Origin: Octopus vulgaris
Taxonomy: Eukaryota
Length of the DNA stretch: 64,000 nt
Direction: 5' to 3'
NCBI GenBank assembly: GCA_951406725.2
Contig: OX597821.1
Coordinates: forward strand, 77,500,001-77,564,000
Positions 1-13,045 of this stretch are shown piece after piece. The first letter of the stretch is position 1. The number at the start of each line of letters is the position of its first letter. The translations under genes were made by a program, and so were the position numbers. Below the pieces are notes generated by a model. The model was not told the DNA's origin and made no database searches. It worked only from the letters and a program-made list of their open reading frames with translations.

Positions 1-226
1 GAAAGTTTAGATGTTTGCACACAGAATTTAACATTCAAGTGACGATTATCGCTAAAACTTTTAAACTGGCCTTTTCTCTCTTTAAACAGACACACGTATG
101 TCGACCGTTCGCACCACATCGCCTTCCCCCTTTTCTCCTTCTACACCCTCTTTTTCCCTTTCTATCTCTCCCTATCAACGCACTTCTATATATTACAAGT
201 ACATATATACATTCATTCGCTCGCGC

Positions 227-275
<49 letters not shown>

Positions 276-479
276 ACATATGTCACAAGAGTATTTAGAT
301 TTTCTCTTCTACAGGCGAAGTAACAAATGAATCCACAAAATAAAACGAAACGTAATCAACAACGTTTATTATAACAAATAAACCAAGGCATGAAATAACT
401 AGAAAGTAATAAATACATCAGGCACTACAACTATCAAAAATACACAAACACACACATCAAATGTACTATATTAATCAAA

Positions 480-810
480 TCTATTAGAATAAAAACACCT
501 CATAAAACAGATCACAAAATACTTTACATCAAATCATAAACTAACGTTAATAATATACTATAAAAGTAATAAAATTTAAAAGCTTCTTATCAATAACACA
601 ACCACAAATCTGTTATCTTGCAAATAAGTTGCTTATGAACAATATAATTTATAAATTTGGTTGCAAACATGAAAGTCACAAAGTTCATGACTCCAATTGT
701 TACACTGGCCATAAAAGGACTATACTATGTTGGCGCCTCACCATGCATTTACAACAAAGAGAATTTACAAAGTTTTACATCACACAACATCGAAATAATA
801 TTAGTAAAAC
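480..810 (+). mobile_element. Degenerate Penelope-like element GIY-YIG endonuclease fragment
   Basis: ORF 629-895 reads NNIIYKFGCKH...NCYTGHKRTILCWRLTMHLQQ, resembling the PLE endonuclease pattern N(V/I)IYKF.C...Y(I/V)G.T.T.L.RRLTMHL. Confidence 0.6.
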
Positions 811-1289
811 AATACATATACAGATGTGGCTGTGGAGTTACGAAACGCGCTTTTCAGCCGTGCTTTTGGATCCGTCCCACTGTGTGGCACCTTAGCCAAG
901 TATCTTCTTCTATGGCATAGCCCCGGGACAACCAATGCTTTGCAAGTAACTTAATAGATAGAAATTGTTTAGAAACCCGTCGTCTATGTGTGTATCTCCG
1001 TGTTTGTATCGGTCTCCCTACAGTCACATGACATCCGGTGTTTGTTTGTTTATGTCCTCTCAACTGAGCGGTTTTGCAAAAGAAAACGATAGAATAAGCA
1101 CCAGACTTTTAAAAAAACAATTAGCAGTGGGATCGGTTTGTTCGACCAAAACCATTCAAAGCGGTTTCCCTGCGATTATTATTTCGTGGTCGACTCATGA
1201 TTTCATTGATTACTTTCTTGCAAAACACGCAGTTGAGAGGGATTCATTTTATTTTGTGGGTCCGCTGCTGTCTCCCAGAACCTGGACCC

Positions 1290-1720
1290 TGTATGACCCA
1301 ACTCTTCTATCAACCTAGGCATCGAACTCTGCCTTTGTACATCAAATGTCATGGTGACAACGACGGTCTATGTCTGTGAGACGTGGGAAAAGACCAGCAG
1401 AATCTATATCTATAGAACAGCAGACATCTTCCGAAGACGTTGCATTATGATCATATTAAGAGTTCCTAAGCATGGTCATAGCACGAATGAAGGATTCGGG
1501 AAAAGGGCCGAACTGAATAATCTATAAAATAAGATTACCGTGAGATAGAAAAAGATTCTCGGTCCTATGTCATGCATGGCTATGAAGACACCAGTGAGTG
1601 ACTCTCTCGAGTGGAAGTCAGAGAAGGGCTGAAACTGATAAGGCAGACCTATTAAGGCGTGATAGAGGACTGTGGAGAAGGATTTGGTAGATATCTACCA
1701 AATGACAGATTTATGACAAA
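1290..1720 (+). mobile_element. Highly decayed RTE-type LINE 3' coding fragment
   Basis: Remnant FRRRC...IL / ..LEW.......GRP.K.W...VE.D pattern with stops and frameshifts. Confidence 0.4.
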
Positions 1721-2141
1721 GTTTGTGATTAGACTGTGTGGAGATCTCTCGCCTCTCGGTCCTCCATGGGGAACGGAAGGAACGAAGATTAAGAAAATGT
1801 GTATTTATTGTTTGTTTATGGCAGATGGTTCATACGCTTCTTCCTTTTGATGACGGAAGGGTGTGACCATGGACAGACTAGCGAGTGCTTCTTTCGATTG
1901 GAAGTCAGAGAGAAGCATGTGAGAGGTGGGGGAGAGATGTCAAGCAGTAACGTAACCAGAGGTAGAGAACGAGGGCTGTCCGCTTCTTGCGACACTTTTA
2001 TGGGGGCGGAAAACTCAAGGGCATTCTAACTACATCACCGTTGTCGAAATCTGATTGAGGACTGTGGAGGAAAACCTGGCCTGAGGGCGAGCACGTGACA
2101 GGTCTTTCCACAGTGCTAGCGGTGGTGAGATCTCTCGTCAT

Positions 2142-2358
2142 CCGATGCTCCATGGGGAGAGGGTGGTAAGCAATCACCTTATGCTCCATGTGGAGAGGGT
2201 GGTAAGCAATCATCCTATGTTCCATGGGGAGAGGGTGGTAAGCAACCATCCGATACTCCATGAGGAGATGGTGGTAAATAATCACCCGATGCTCCATGGG
2301 GAGATGGTTGTAAATTATCACCCGATGCTCCATGGGGAGCAGATGGTAAGCAATCACA
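2142..2358. repeat. 36-bp minisatellite, about 6 copies
   Basis: Unit ATGCTCCATGGGGAGAGGGTGGTAAGCAATCACCCG. It produces the 12-aa periodic ORFs on both strands. Confidence 0.9.
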
Positions 2359-2421
2359 TGCACATACACGAGTGAGTTGTATCGCCCCAAAATATTGCAT
2401 CTAATTTGAAAGATATTAAAT

Positions 2422-2735
2422 GATGGCTTAGTGGTTAGGGCAATCGGCTCACGATCGTAAGGTCATGAGTTCGATTCCCGGCGGCACGTTGTGTCCTTGA
2501 GCAAGACACTTTATTTCTCGTTGCTCCAGTCAAACTCAGCTGGCAAAAATGAGTTGTACCAGTAATTGAAAAGGGGCCACCTCTGTCACACTCTGTGTCA
2601 CTCTGAATCTCGCTGAGAACTAAGTTAAGGGTACACGTGTCTGTGGAGTACTCAGCCACTTGCACGTTGATTTCACGAGAAGGCTGTTCAATTCGTCCTA
2701 GCAAATGGAACGCTCGTCGTCGTAAACGACGGAGG
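2422..2735 (+). mobile_element. tRNA-derived SINE
   Basis: A-box TGGCTTAGTGG, B-box GAGTTCGATTCC, then TGTGTCCTTGAGCAAGACAC. The 3' part recurs at 56090-56230. Confidence 0.75.
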
Positions 2736-3204
2736 GCCCGGTCATTAAATGCTACTCGCCTGAGTAACCTCTGTATGACATAACACGTTGAGTTCTCTTT
2801 TTCCTCTGCTTATAAACGAAAACATACGGTTCTGTGTGAGTATGTGCGCTTGGGCCCTGTGTGTGAGCCCTCGTGCGTTGTGTATGCGTACACGGACATT
2901 TCAAAAGTAAATAGACACCATCCTATTTCTGAAAGATTTATTTCTAGAAACAAAACGCCTTTTGATGCGTTTAAATGCTTAACCCTTTCACATTCAGATT
3001 TCCCTCTCAAATGCAATGCTTTTCTCATTCGTTTTCAATTAATTATGAATTGTTTTGTAGCTTCGAAATTTTGATGACAATCTTTTATTCTCTTATTCTT
3101 TTATTCCCTTATCCTTTTCTTCTCTTCTTCTTTTATTCCCTTATCCTTATATTCTCTTACCCTTTTATTCTCTTATTCTCTTTCATTCCCCTACTCTTTT
3201 ATTC

Positions 3205-3681
<477 letters not shown>

Positions 3682-3814
3682 TATTTCTGATATATTTCTG
3701 ATATATGTTTTTAGAATGACATTGAAGGGTAAGTGTGATGGGTCGGATATGGCCGGTTTCAGTGCTTAAAATTTAGTTGTGTAGTTTTTAACTATTTAAC
3801 CCGTTTGGACATTC

Positions 3815-4395
3815 TTTTCTACTACTCTAGGCATAAGGCCCGAAATTTTGGTGGAGGGGAATCAGTCGATTAGATCGACCCCAGTACGCAACTGGTACTT
3901 AATTTATCGACCCCAAAAGGATGAAAGGCCAAGTCGACCCCGGCTTTTGAACTCAGAACGTAAACGCGGACGAAATACCTATTTCTATACTACCCACAAG
4001 GGGCTAAACACAGACAGGACAAACAAGGACAGACAAACGGATTAAGTCGATTACATCGACCCCAGAGCGTAACTGGTACTTAATTTATCGACCCCGAAAG
4101 GATGAAAGGCAAAGTCGACCTCGGCGGAATTTGAACTCAGAACGTAGCTGCAGACGAAATACATATTTCTTTACTACCCACAAGGGACTAAACACGGAGA
4201 GGACAAACAAGAACAGACAAACGGATTAAGTCGATTATATCGACCCCAGAGCGTAACTGGTACTTAATTTATCGACCCCGAAAGGATGAAAGGCAAAGTC
4301 GACCTTGGCGGAATTTGAACTCAGAACGTAACGGCAGACGAAATACAGCTACAAATTTCGTCCGGAGTGCTAACATTTCTGCCAGCTCGTCGCCT
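3815..4395 (-). mobile_element. SINE family B (Nin/Deu-domain-like), internally tandem copy
   Basis: Three repeats of GTCGACTTTGCCTTTCATCCTTTCGGGGTCGATAAATTAAGTACCAG on the minus strand, with head GGCGaCGAGCTGGCAGAA. Confidence 0.85.
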
Positions 4396-4654
4396 TAACC
4401 CGTCTGGACATTGCCACCATGAGGAATGTTCTCACAGATAAAACGGGATTATGAAAGATGTCTGTTCACCCTTGAGATGTATGTTCTATAAATCTGACTG
4501 TGGTTATTGTTTTGCTTGTAATGCGCCATGTTTTTGTACGTAAAAAAAGAATAAACACAGCAATATTTAACGCTAAGAAACGTATTGAGTTCTTTCTCAG
4601 ATTATGTTTTATTTAGATCTAACTTATTTCTATGCACGTTAAAAACCTACACAT

Positions 4655-4671
4655 TAAGGCATACACACACA

Positions 4672-4704
<33 letters not shown>

Positions 4705-4744
4705 GCACGCATACATACATACATATTTATATATATATATATAT

Positions 4745-4775
<31 letters not shown>

Positions 4776-4889
4776 GCATACATACATACATATATATACA
4801 TATATATACACACACACATGCATGTTTCCATACGCACATACAAACATACATATATATATATACATACATATATATATATACATACATTC

Positions 4890-4942
<53 letters not shown>

Positions 4943-4971
4943 TGCATACACATATATATGTATATACATGT

Positions 4972-5030
<59 letters not shown>

Positions 5031-5203
5031 TATATATACAAAAATATATATATACATATATATATGCATACCTACATACATATATGTGTGTACATATATA
5101 CATATATATATACATACGTACATGCATATATATATACATAAACATATACATATATATATACACATATATATACATACGTACATACATACATATGTATGTA
5201 TAA

Positions 5204-5271
<68 letters not shown>

Positions 5272-6639
5272 ATATATATGTGTAGGTATATTCACACGCA
5301 CACACACATGCATATTTGCTTATATATATATATAGACATGCATGCATGTGCGTATGTGTGCGCATGTGGCTGTGTGCATGTGGCTGTGTGTACAAGTCGC
5401 CTAAGCGATTTCGTGTTGAGGGCACCATCTGAAGACATCATCTGCAAACCGAGTGTATCTAGAGCATATCAGCTTGGCGGAAACCATGCCTCTTTAAGCG
5501 ACACTCACGGGAGGATTTGAACTCAGCACGGCAAGATAGCGAAACAAACGTCGATTATACAGTGCTCCCGCTGTTTCCAGCAGTGAACTTTGCCACCCGC
5601 ATATGCGCATGTGTTAATGTCTTTGTGTGTATATCTGCATATGTGTGTGCAAGTGTTTGTATGCGCGTGGGAGTGTGTGTGTATGTATGTATGCCTGTAT
5701 GTTTGTTCGTATATGTATGCATGGGTGTGTATGTATGTGTATGTGTGTGCATGCGTTTATGTACACAGCTATCAACGCATCGCATGTATGTATATTCGCA
5801 TATTTTTGTGTATATGCATGCATGTACGTATGTATGTGTGCATGTGTGTATGTGTGTATGCATGTATGCATGTATATATGTGTGTGCATGCGTGTATGTA
5901 TTTGTGTATATATGTGTATATGTGTGTGTGTATGTACGCATGTATGCATTTGTGTATGCATCATGTATGCATGTATGCATATATGTATGTATGTATGCAT
6001 CTATGTGTGTGTGCATATGTGTATGTATGTATCCATGTATGTATGTTTGCATGTATGTATGTGTGTATGTATGTGCTTATGTATGTGTGTATGTGTGTAT
6101 GTATGTGTTTATGAGTATATTAATGTGTGTATGTATTTGTGTATATATGCGTATATATGAATGTGTGCATGTATGTGTGCATATGTGTATGTATGTATGT
6201 GTGTATGTATGTATGTGCATATATATATATGTGTGTGTGTGTGTGTGTATGCTTGTATGCTTGTGTGTATGCTTGTATGTGTATGCTTGTATGTATGCAT
6301 GTGTGTATGCTTGTATGTATGTATTTGTGTATGTATGTATGTGTATGTATGAATTATGTATGTATGTACATGTGTGTATATATGCATGTATGTATAAATG
6401 GACGGATGTGTATATGTGTGTCTGTGTATGAGTGTGTGTATGTGTCAATATATGTCTGTATTAAAGTGTATGTGTGTGCATGCGCCGCATCAGTCAACGT
6501 GCATTTCTGCCTTCCTATCTTAAAGGGAAACGTATAATCTACGCATATGAGGATATGTATATATACTTATGCACGTGTGTGTGTATATGTGCGTATATTT
6601 GTAAGTGCTTGAGTCTATATATTTACACACACGTACACT

Positions 6640-6690
<51 letters not shown>

Positions 6691-6883
6691 GCATATATAT
6701 ACATATATATGTATATGCATGTATGTATATACAAACATGCATACATACGCATATACTATATATACATATATGCATATCAATACATGCATATTCACACACA
6801 TTCATACATACATACATACAGGCATACATACATACATACATGCATGCATGCATACATACATACACATATATACATATATGTAT

Positions 6884-6970
<87 letters not shown>

Positions 6971-7040
6971 GTATGTATCTACATGTGCTAATATTTATTC
7001 ATGTATAGAGACACATTTGTGTTCTCGTGTGTGTGTGTGG
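4655..7040. repeat. Long degenerate alternating purine-pyrimidine microsatellite field, (TA)/(CA)/(TG)/(TATG)
   Basis: About 2.4 kb of compound dinucleotide and tetranucleotide repeats with two short unique spacers. It is the source of the YI/HT/CV ORFs. Confidence 0.95.
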
Positions 7041-7328
7041 ACATAGATGCGTGTGCATCATTGTTACTTAAACTCAGAGTACGTTCGTACAACTTCCTCC
7101 ACATTCTTTACGATGCTAACAACACAACAACATTTCCCTTATATTTTAGGAATGGCATTCCAAGATATGATACGAAAGATAACTTTAAGTAGTTCCTTGA
7201 TTAACTAATTTCCATTACGAACTTACACCTACATACATACATACATACATACATACATACATACATACATACATACATACATACATACATACATACATAC
7301 ATACTACATACATACATATATTTAACTA

Positions 7329-7393
<65 letters not shown>

Positions 7394-7597
7394 TACATAG
7401 ATACATATAAATATATATACCTATGTACGTATGTATATATGTATATATGCGTGTACATAATATGAATAGGTTTGGAATAGAAGTTACTTAGAAGTTATCC
7501 TTCATATCATATCTTGGAATGCCATTCCTAAAATGCAGGGAAAATGTTGATCTGTTAGCAGAACAGAATAGATATATATACTTCTAGAAATCTGTGT

Positions 7598-7670
<73 letters not shown>

Positions 7671-8111
7671 CGTGAGTGCTTTTCTGCGCTATGAGTTCAT
7701 ATGAGAGGTCCTCTCAAGATAAATAATCCAGTATTCTGCGTTCTAACACGGCATCCACGTTAAGTTCGAGATAAAGAATACCTTTTGTTATTAATACTGC
7801 TTCTGTCGCTATTAATTATATTTTAATAAGCCTGCTGGCTATTTGTGAAACTGGATAGTGACTGAACAGGCACTGAGAATCTATATATCTTTGACTGAGA
7901 GATTTGGTCGTAATGCCGCTACCTGACGTCTGCCACTGAGGAGTCCATAGCAAGGCGAAATGACGTGATCTGGTAGTTCCGGCAGTCGTTGTAGACGGTC
8001 CTCGTCTATCAACGATATAAATAATACTGCAGTATCTTGTGTTCTAACACAATCTCCACGTTAAGTTGAATTCAACGCCTTTGGATATTAATAGTGTTTC
8101 TGTCGCTATTA
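7671..8111 (+). mobile_element. Short hammerhead-containing element with partial direct repeat (PLE pseudo-LTR or non-LTR retrozyme-like)
   Basis: Diverged direct repeats at 7707-7814 and 7997-8111 (GGTCCTC...ATAAATAAT...GTTCTAACAC...CCACGTTAAGTT...TATTAATA.TG.TTCTGTCGCTATTA) bracket the hammerhead at 7930-7976. Flanked by microsatellites. Confidence 0.6.
7930..7976 (+). ncRNA. Type I hammerhead ribozyme (slightly degenerate)
   Basis: CTGCCA-CTGAGGA-GTCC(atagcaa)GGC-GAAA-TGACGTGA-TC^TGGTAG. Stem I is 6 bp (one GU pair), the core CUGANGA/GAAA is intact, stem III is one mismatch from the palindrome ATCACGTGAT, and the cleavage triplet is AUC. Confidence 0.7.
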
Positions 8112-8175
8112 CGTGTGTATGTATGTATGTATGTATGTATGTATGTATGTATGTATGCATATATGTATGTACCGG

Positions 8176-8225
<50 letters not shown>

Positions 8226-8398
8226 CACACAATTGCAGCGTGGAAGGTGTTTATAAGCGATTTAAAAACACAAAAACCGCTAGATTCACTTCGACATTTA
8301 AATTTAATTTGCCAAAATATTTTCGTGGTTTTGAGACCGCGACCTGTTCACTGACAAAATTATGTGCTGCATCTGAGAAAGTAACATATATATAAGTA

Positions 8399-8454
<56 letters not shown>

Positions 8455-8461
8455 ATCGATA

Positions 8462-8550
<89 letters not shown>

Positions 8551-8553
<3 letters not shown>

Positions 8554-8877
8554 ATAAATATTAGGGAATAAATCCAAATTTACAGGGAAAATCAGATTTA
8601 GGATTGAATCCAATTTTATAGTAAAATATTATATAATATTAATTAGAGACAAAACCACTATTTTGCAAATCAAACAAAGACTTAATCCAATACATAAAAA
8701 AATTTTAAACTTAAAATAGAATAGAAGACCTGAAATCCACCTGATGAATGTCCTGAGAAGAGACATGAAACAATTGTAGTGGCGAATATAATTTTATTTA
8801 ATTTATATTAAAATTTTTTTATGTATTGGATTAAGTCTTTTTTTGTTTGATTTGCAAAATAGTGGTTTTGTCTCTAA

Positions 8878-8890
<13 letters not shown>
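8551..8890. mobile_element. PLE-like terminal fragment with an ~80-bp inverted duplication around a hammerhead
   Basis: Arms 8630-8708 and 8808-8890 are near-perfect inverted copies, with (TA)n on both sides. 8551-8630 is related to the reverse complement of 39925-40025. Confidence 0.65.
8737..8782 (+). ncRNA. Minimal type I hammerhead ribozyme
   Basis: CCAC-CTGATGA-ATGTC(ctgagaaga)GACAT-GAAA-CAATTG-TA^GTGG. The core is intact, with stem I CCAC/GTGG, a 5-bp stem II, palindromic stem III ACAATTGT and a GUA cleavage triplet. Confidence 0.8.
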
Positions 8891-8973
<83 letters not shown>

Positions 8974-10207
8974 GTGTGTGTGTGTGTTTGTGTGTGCATG
9001 TATGTATATATGTATAGCCATCTGTGTAGTGTAGGCAAATTTACGGCGATGTTCGTCGAGATAGCATCTGTTATGGACGTGCAACATATATATTGGCGAG
9101 AGACAGTCACAACAGTGGTTTGCGAGAATGCTAAATACATTTCTTCTTCGTTGAACTTCAGTCTATTACTGTTTCTATTGCATATAGCGATTTTTATTCA
9201 GTCGGGCAGCTATTCGCAAAATCAGTGCTTGTTCGTTCACTGTTATACTAAATATCGGTATGTGAGTACACGCTACAGAAATCGGCCAACGTTTGTGGAC
9301 ACCACCATCATTGTTACTCCTACGACAACTACAACAAATATTACACGACAATGTAGCTTCAAATGAAAATTACAACGACAATGGTGTGGCTGTGTGGTTA
9401 GACGTTTGTTTCCCAATTACATGGTTACAGGTTCAGTTCCACTGTGTAGCACTTTAGGCAAATGTCTCCTTCTACAGCCTCGGACAGACGGGATTTGGTA
9501 AACGGAAACTGAAGCCCATCGTATTTGTGTATGTGTGTGAGTCTCTTGCGTGTGTATGTGTGTGCGTGTGTGTCTTTATGTGTGGGTGTGTATGTCTTTG
9601 TGTGTGTGTGTGTATATGTGTGTCTTTGTGCTTGTGTTTATCCTTTACCACCGCATGACAACCGGCATTGGTGTGTTTATGTCCCCATAACTTAGTGGTT
9701 CGGCAAAAGAGAAGAAAGTATTAAATGACCTCATTGCTACAAACACCGCTTTCTCTCCCTCTCTCTTTCCTTCTCTCTCTTTCTCTGTTTCTTTCTCTCT
9801 CCCTCTTTCTCCTTCTCTCTGAGGTGTGTGGTGTGTGCGTGTGTGCTTGCTTTTAGTACTAAAAACTCTGTTACCAAAACAGATTCAGTAATGTCCAGTT
9901 AACCGTGCCAAATCGCCAGCGTCCAAACTGCTGCGCCCGATCGTCTCTTTCCTTCTTACGTAACTAAAAAATGAAAGAATAGCCAAATACCGGGACTCGA
10001 TCTAACCGACCGTTCCAAGCTCTAAATTTCTGACTTTGTACCTATGTTAGAAATCTATAACTAGACCGTGTGGTTAAGATGCTTACACGAAGTGCCCGTG
10101 CGCTACAACTAGTACAAGTGTCTTCTACTATAACTCCGGGCCACTCGATGCCTTGTGAGTGAGTTTGACTGAGGGAAACTGTGTGAAGACCTTTCGTTCA
10201 ACTAAAC

Positions 10208-10552
10208 TAGTGCTTCTCAACTATTTTCTACCTATGGAACCCTCTGATTCCTATCTTAATTGGGGGGATCCTCCTAGCCATTCGATAATTACATTTTTAT
10301 AAATAAACATTATTGGAAATTTTATTCTTTTACTTGTTTCAGTCATTTCACTGCGGCCATGCTGGAGCACCGCCTTTAAGTCGAACAAATCGACCCCAGG
10401 GTTTATTCTTTGTAAATTCTATCGGTATATTTTGCCGAACCGCTAAGTTTCATGGGCGTAAACACACTAACACTAGTTGTCAAGCTATAGTGGGGCGACA
10501 AACACAGACACACAAATACATACATACATACATACATACATACATACATACA

Positions 10553-10583
<31 letters not shown>

Positions 10584-10872
10584 GACGGGCTTCTTTCAAT
10601 TTCCGTCTACCAAATCCACTCACAAGGCTTTAGTTGGCTCAAGGCTATAGTAGAAGACACTTACCCAATGTGTCACACAGTGGGACTGAACCTGGAACCA
10701 TGTGGTTGGGAAGCAAGCTTCTTACCACACAGCTGCACCTGCCCCATGTATAAAAAATGTTAAAATATTTCATGTACTGTGGAAATATAACCAATCTGTT
10801 GCAGACAAATTCTAACAACAAAATCTTATAGGGGCCCTCAAGGGCCATATGCATCCCGGTTGAAAACAGCTG
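10208..10872. mobile_element. Probable hAT-type MITE interrupted by a SINE
   Basis: Ends TAGTGCTTCTCAAC and GTTGAAAACAGCTG. The 8-bp flanks aactaaac and gagtaaac match partially. Confidence 0.4.
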
Positions 10873-11174
10873 GAGTAAACCATTCAAGGAGAAATCTCAG
10901 CACGGCCGCTGTCCAATGAGTGAAACAAGTAAAAGATTAAAAACTACTACAACCAACCAACCAACACACACGCGCACACCGCACTACCTCCGTGACTACC
11001 ATCCAATCACTGTCGAAAGAAGGAATCGAGAACCATGTGTTTGGTGAAGCTAAGTGCCAATGACAAATGGCCACGGTGGGAACGGAAGTGGAAATAACAT
11101 CGTTAGAAACTCCTTTGGAAGTCAATTGCGAAATCCACTCGGGCAAGATAAAATATCTGTTAGCAAATGGCCCT

Positions 11175-11505
11175 AATACCACCACCACAACCACCATCAT
11201 CCCCACCCACCCCCACCACAACCACAACTACTACTACTACTGTTGTTATTAATGCTGCTACTAGTACCGTTATTGCTACTAATACCACTGTTACTACTAC
11301 TACAACTACCACCACCACCACCACCACCACCACTACTACTACCACCATCACCATCACCGCCACTACTACTACCTCTATCACCATCACCACTACTACTATT
11401 GTTACTAATACTGCTACTAGCACCATTATTGCTACTAATACTACTGTTACTACTACTACAACTACCACCACCGCCACCACCACCAGCACCATCACCACCA
11501 CCACC

Positions 11506-11542
<37 letters not shown>

Positions 11543-11545
11543 TAG
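11175..11545. repeat. Compound trinucleotide repeat (ACC/ACT)n with an internal duplication
   Basis: (CAC)n and (TAC)n runs. The block ctgctactag.acc.ttattgctactaatac.actgttactactactacaact occurs twice. Confidence 0.9.
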
Positions 11546-12148
11546 GATGCGTATATAAATGCTGATGTTGGTGAAGATGTGAGCCAATATTCAAAGAGGC
11601 TCTAACCATGACCACCTCGTCTATGTGTATCATACGTACTACATCATGAGCTTCGGACGTTATTTTAATGGTTGGATCGGTTTTAAGTGGGGGTAGGGAG
11701 ATTTAGCCCCTATCTCTAGAAACAAGGCTGGATAGAAGCTCCCTGTCTTTGGTCCGCGTATATAGATGTAATTGTTGTTAGTGGCAGGAGTGTGGTGGTG
11801 AAGATGATGGTGGTGAAGGTGATGGTGGTGGTGGTGGTGATGGTGGTGGAGGGGGGGTGACCATTGTTTCGGCGGTTCTAGCAACGAGGCCAGCAATGAA
11901 AGGTAACATGGTGGTACAGCAGCGTAGCTCGGTGAGGCCAAAGGGGCAATCCATTCCGGGCAACCCTTTTGGGTCCGCCGCGTAAACCTCAATAGGATTA
12001 TTGACTCGAAGAACGTGGTGGTTAATTAAATATACACACAGACAGTCCCACTACGTGGCACCTTGGGCAAGTATCTTCTTCTATTGCCTCAGGCCGACCA
12101 AAGCCTTGTGAGTGGATTTGGTAGACGGAAACTGAAAGAAGCCCGTCG

Positions 12149-12189
<41 letters not shown>

Positions 12190-12810
12190 AATATAAGAGA
12201 GTGGTCACTATATTGCTCACTCTAGCACCAGTTAATCCAAAAGGTTTCAACCACGAAAATACATGCTTACCATGAAAGTCAGTACGATTGTTAGCTCACT
12301 GAATAAATATACTATTAAATTAGTATCTAATTCTCTCACCCTTATTAATTAATTATATATATATATATATATATATAGGTGCGTGTGTGTTTGTGCGTCC
12401 CTTTGTCCCCCACCATCGCTTGACAACCGATGTTGGTGTGTTTACGTCCCTGTAACTTAACGGTTCGGCAAAATAGACCGATAGAAGAAGTACTAGGCTT
12501 ACAAAGAACAAGTCCTGGGGTCGATTTGCTTGACTAAGGGTGGTGCTCCAGTATGGCCGCAGTCAAATGACTGAAACAAGACTACAAGAAAGACATGTGC
12601 GTACTCACACACACACACCACACACCACACACACACCACAAACAGCGAATTATTTAGTTGAAAGGAATTCGCGTGTGTCTGGCGACCATTAATAAAACGG
12701 TTATGGATGAACGCTCTGACAGGAAACTTAACAGCTGACTTGACCAAATCCATTTTGACTTCGCTTTTAATTCTTACACTAACTTCAATTTGGAACTCTC
12801 TCTTTCCCTT

Positions 12811-12842
<32 letters not shown>

Positions 12843-12981
12843 GCCTTCACCCTCTCTCTCTCTTTCCTCTTTCACACTCTTTCTCCCTCTACACACATAC
12901 ACACGCATATATATACACATACATACATACGTCAATACACATACATACCTATATATATATATAGATATATATATCTATATA

Positions 12982-13045
<64 letters not shown>

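Noticed and set aside
1998-2390. 130-aa ORF with 12-aa repeats
   Set aside because: It is a 36-bp minisatellite open on both strands, with no evidence of coding constraint.
2422-2500. tRNA genes suggested by A/B boxes (also 16957, 33264, 45329)
   Set aside because: There is no complete cloverleaf, and each continues into a multicopy SINE body, so they are SINE heads.
4585-7046. Long ORFs of 170-311 aa (also at 36924-37832, 52568-53352, 60020-60528)
   Set aside because: They are translations of stop-free (TA)/(CA)/(TG) microsatellites open in several frames at once (YI/HT/CV), with no domain content or splice structure.
8300-8360. Hammerhead-like remnant on the minus strand (also 48330-48370)
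   Set aside because: The core reads CAGTGAA or CTGAACA rather than CUGANGA and the stems are poor. At most these are decayed PLE ends.
11067-11992. Mucin-like Thr-rich, Pro/Leu-rich and poly-His ORFs
   Set aside because: They derive from trinucleotide repeats open on both strands, with no recognisable domain or convincing splice sites.
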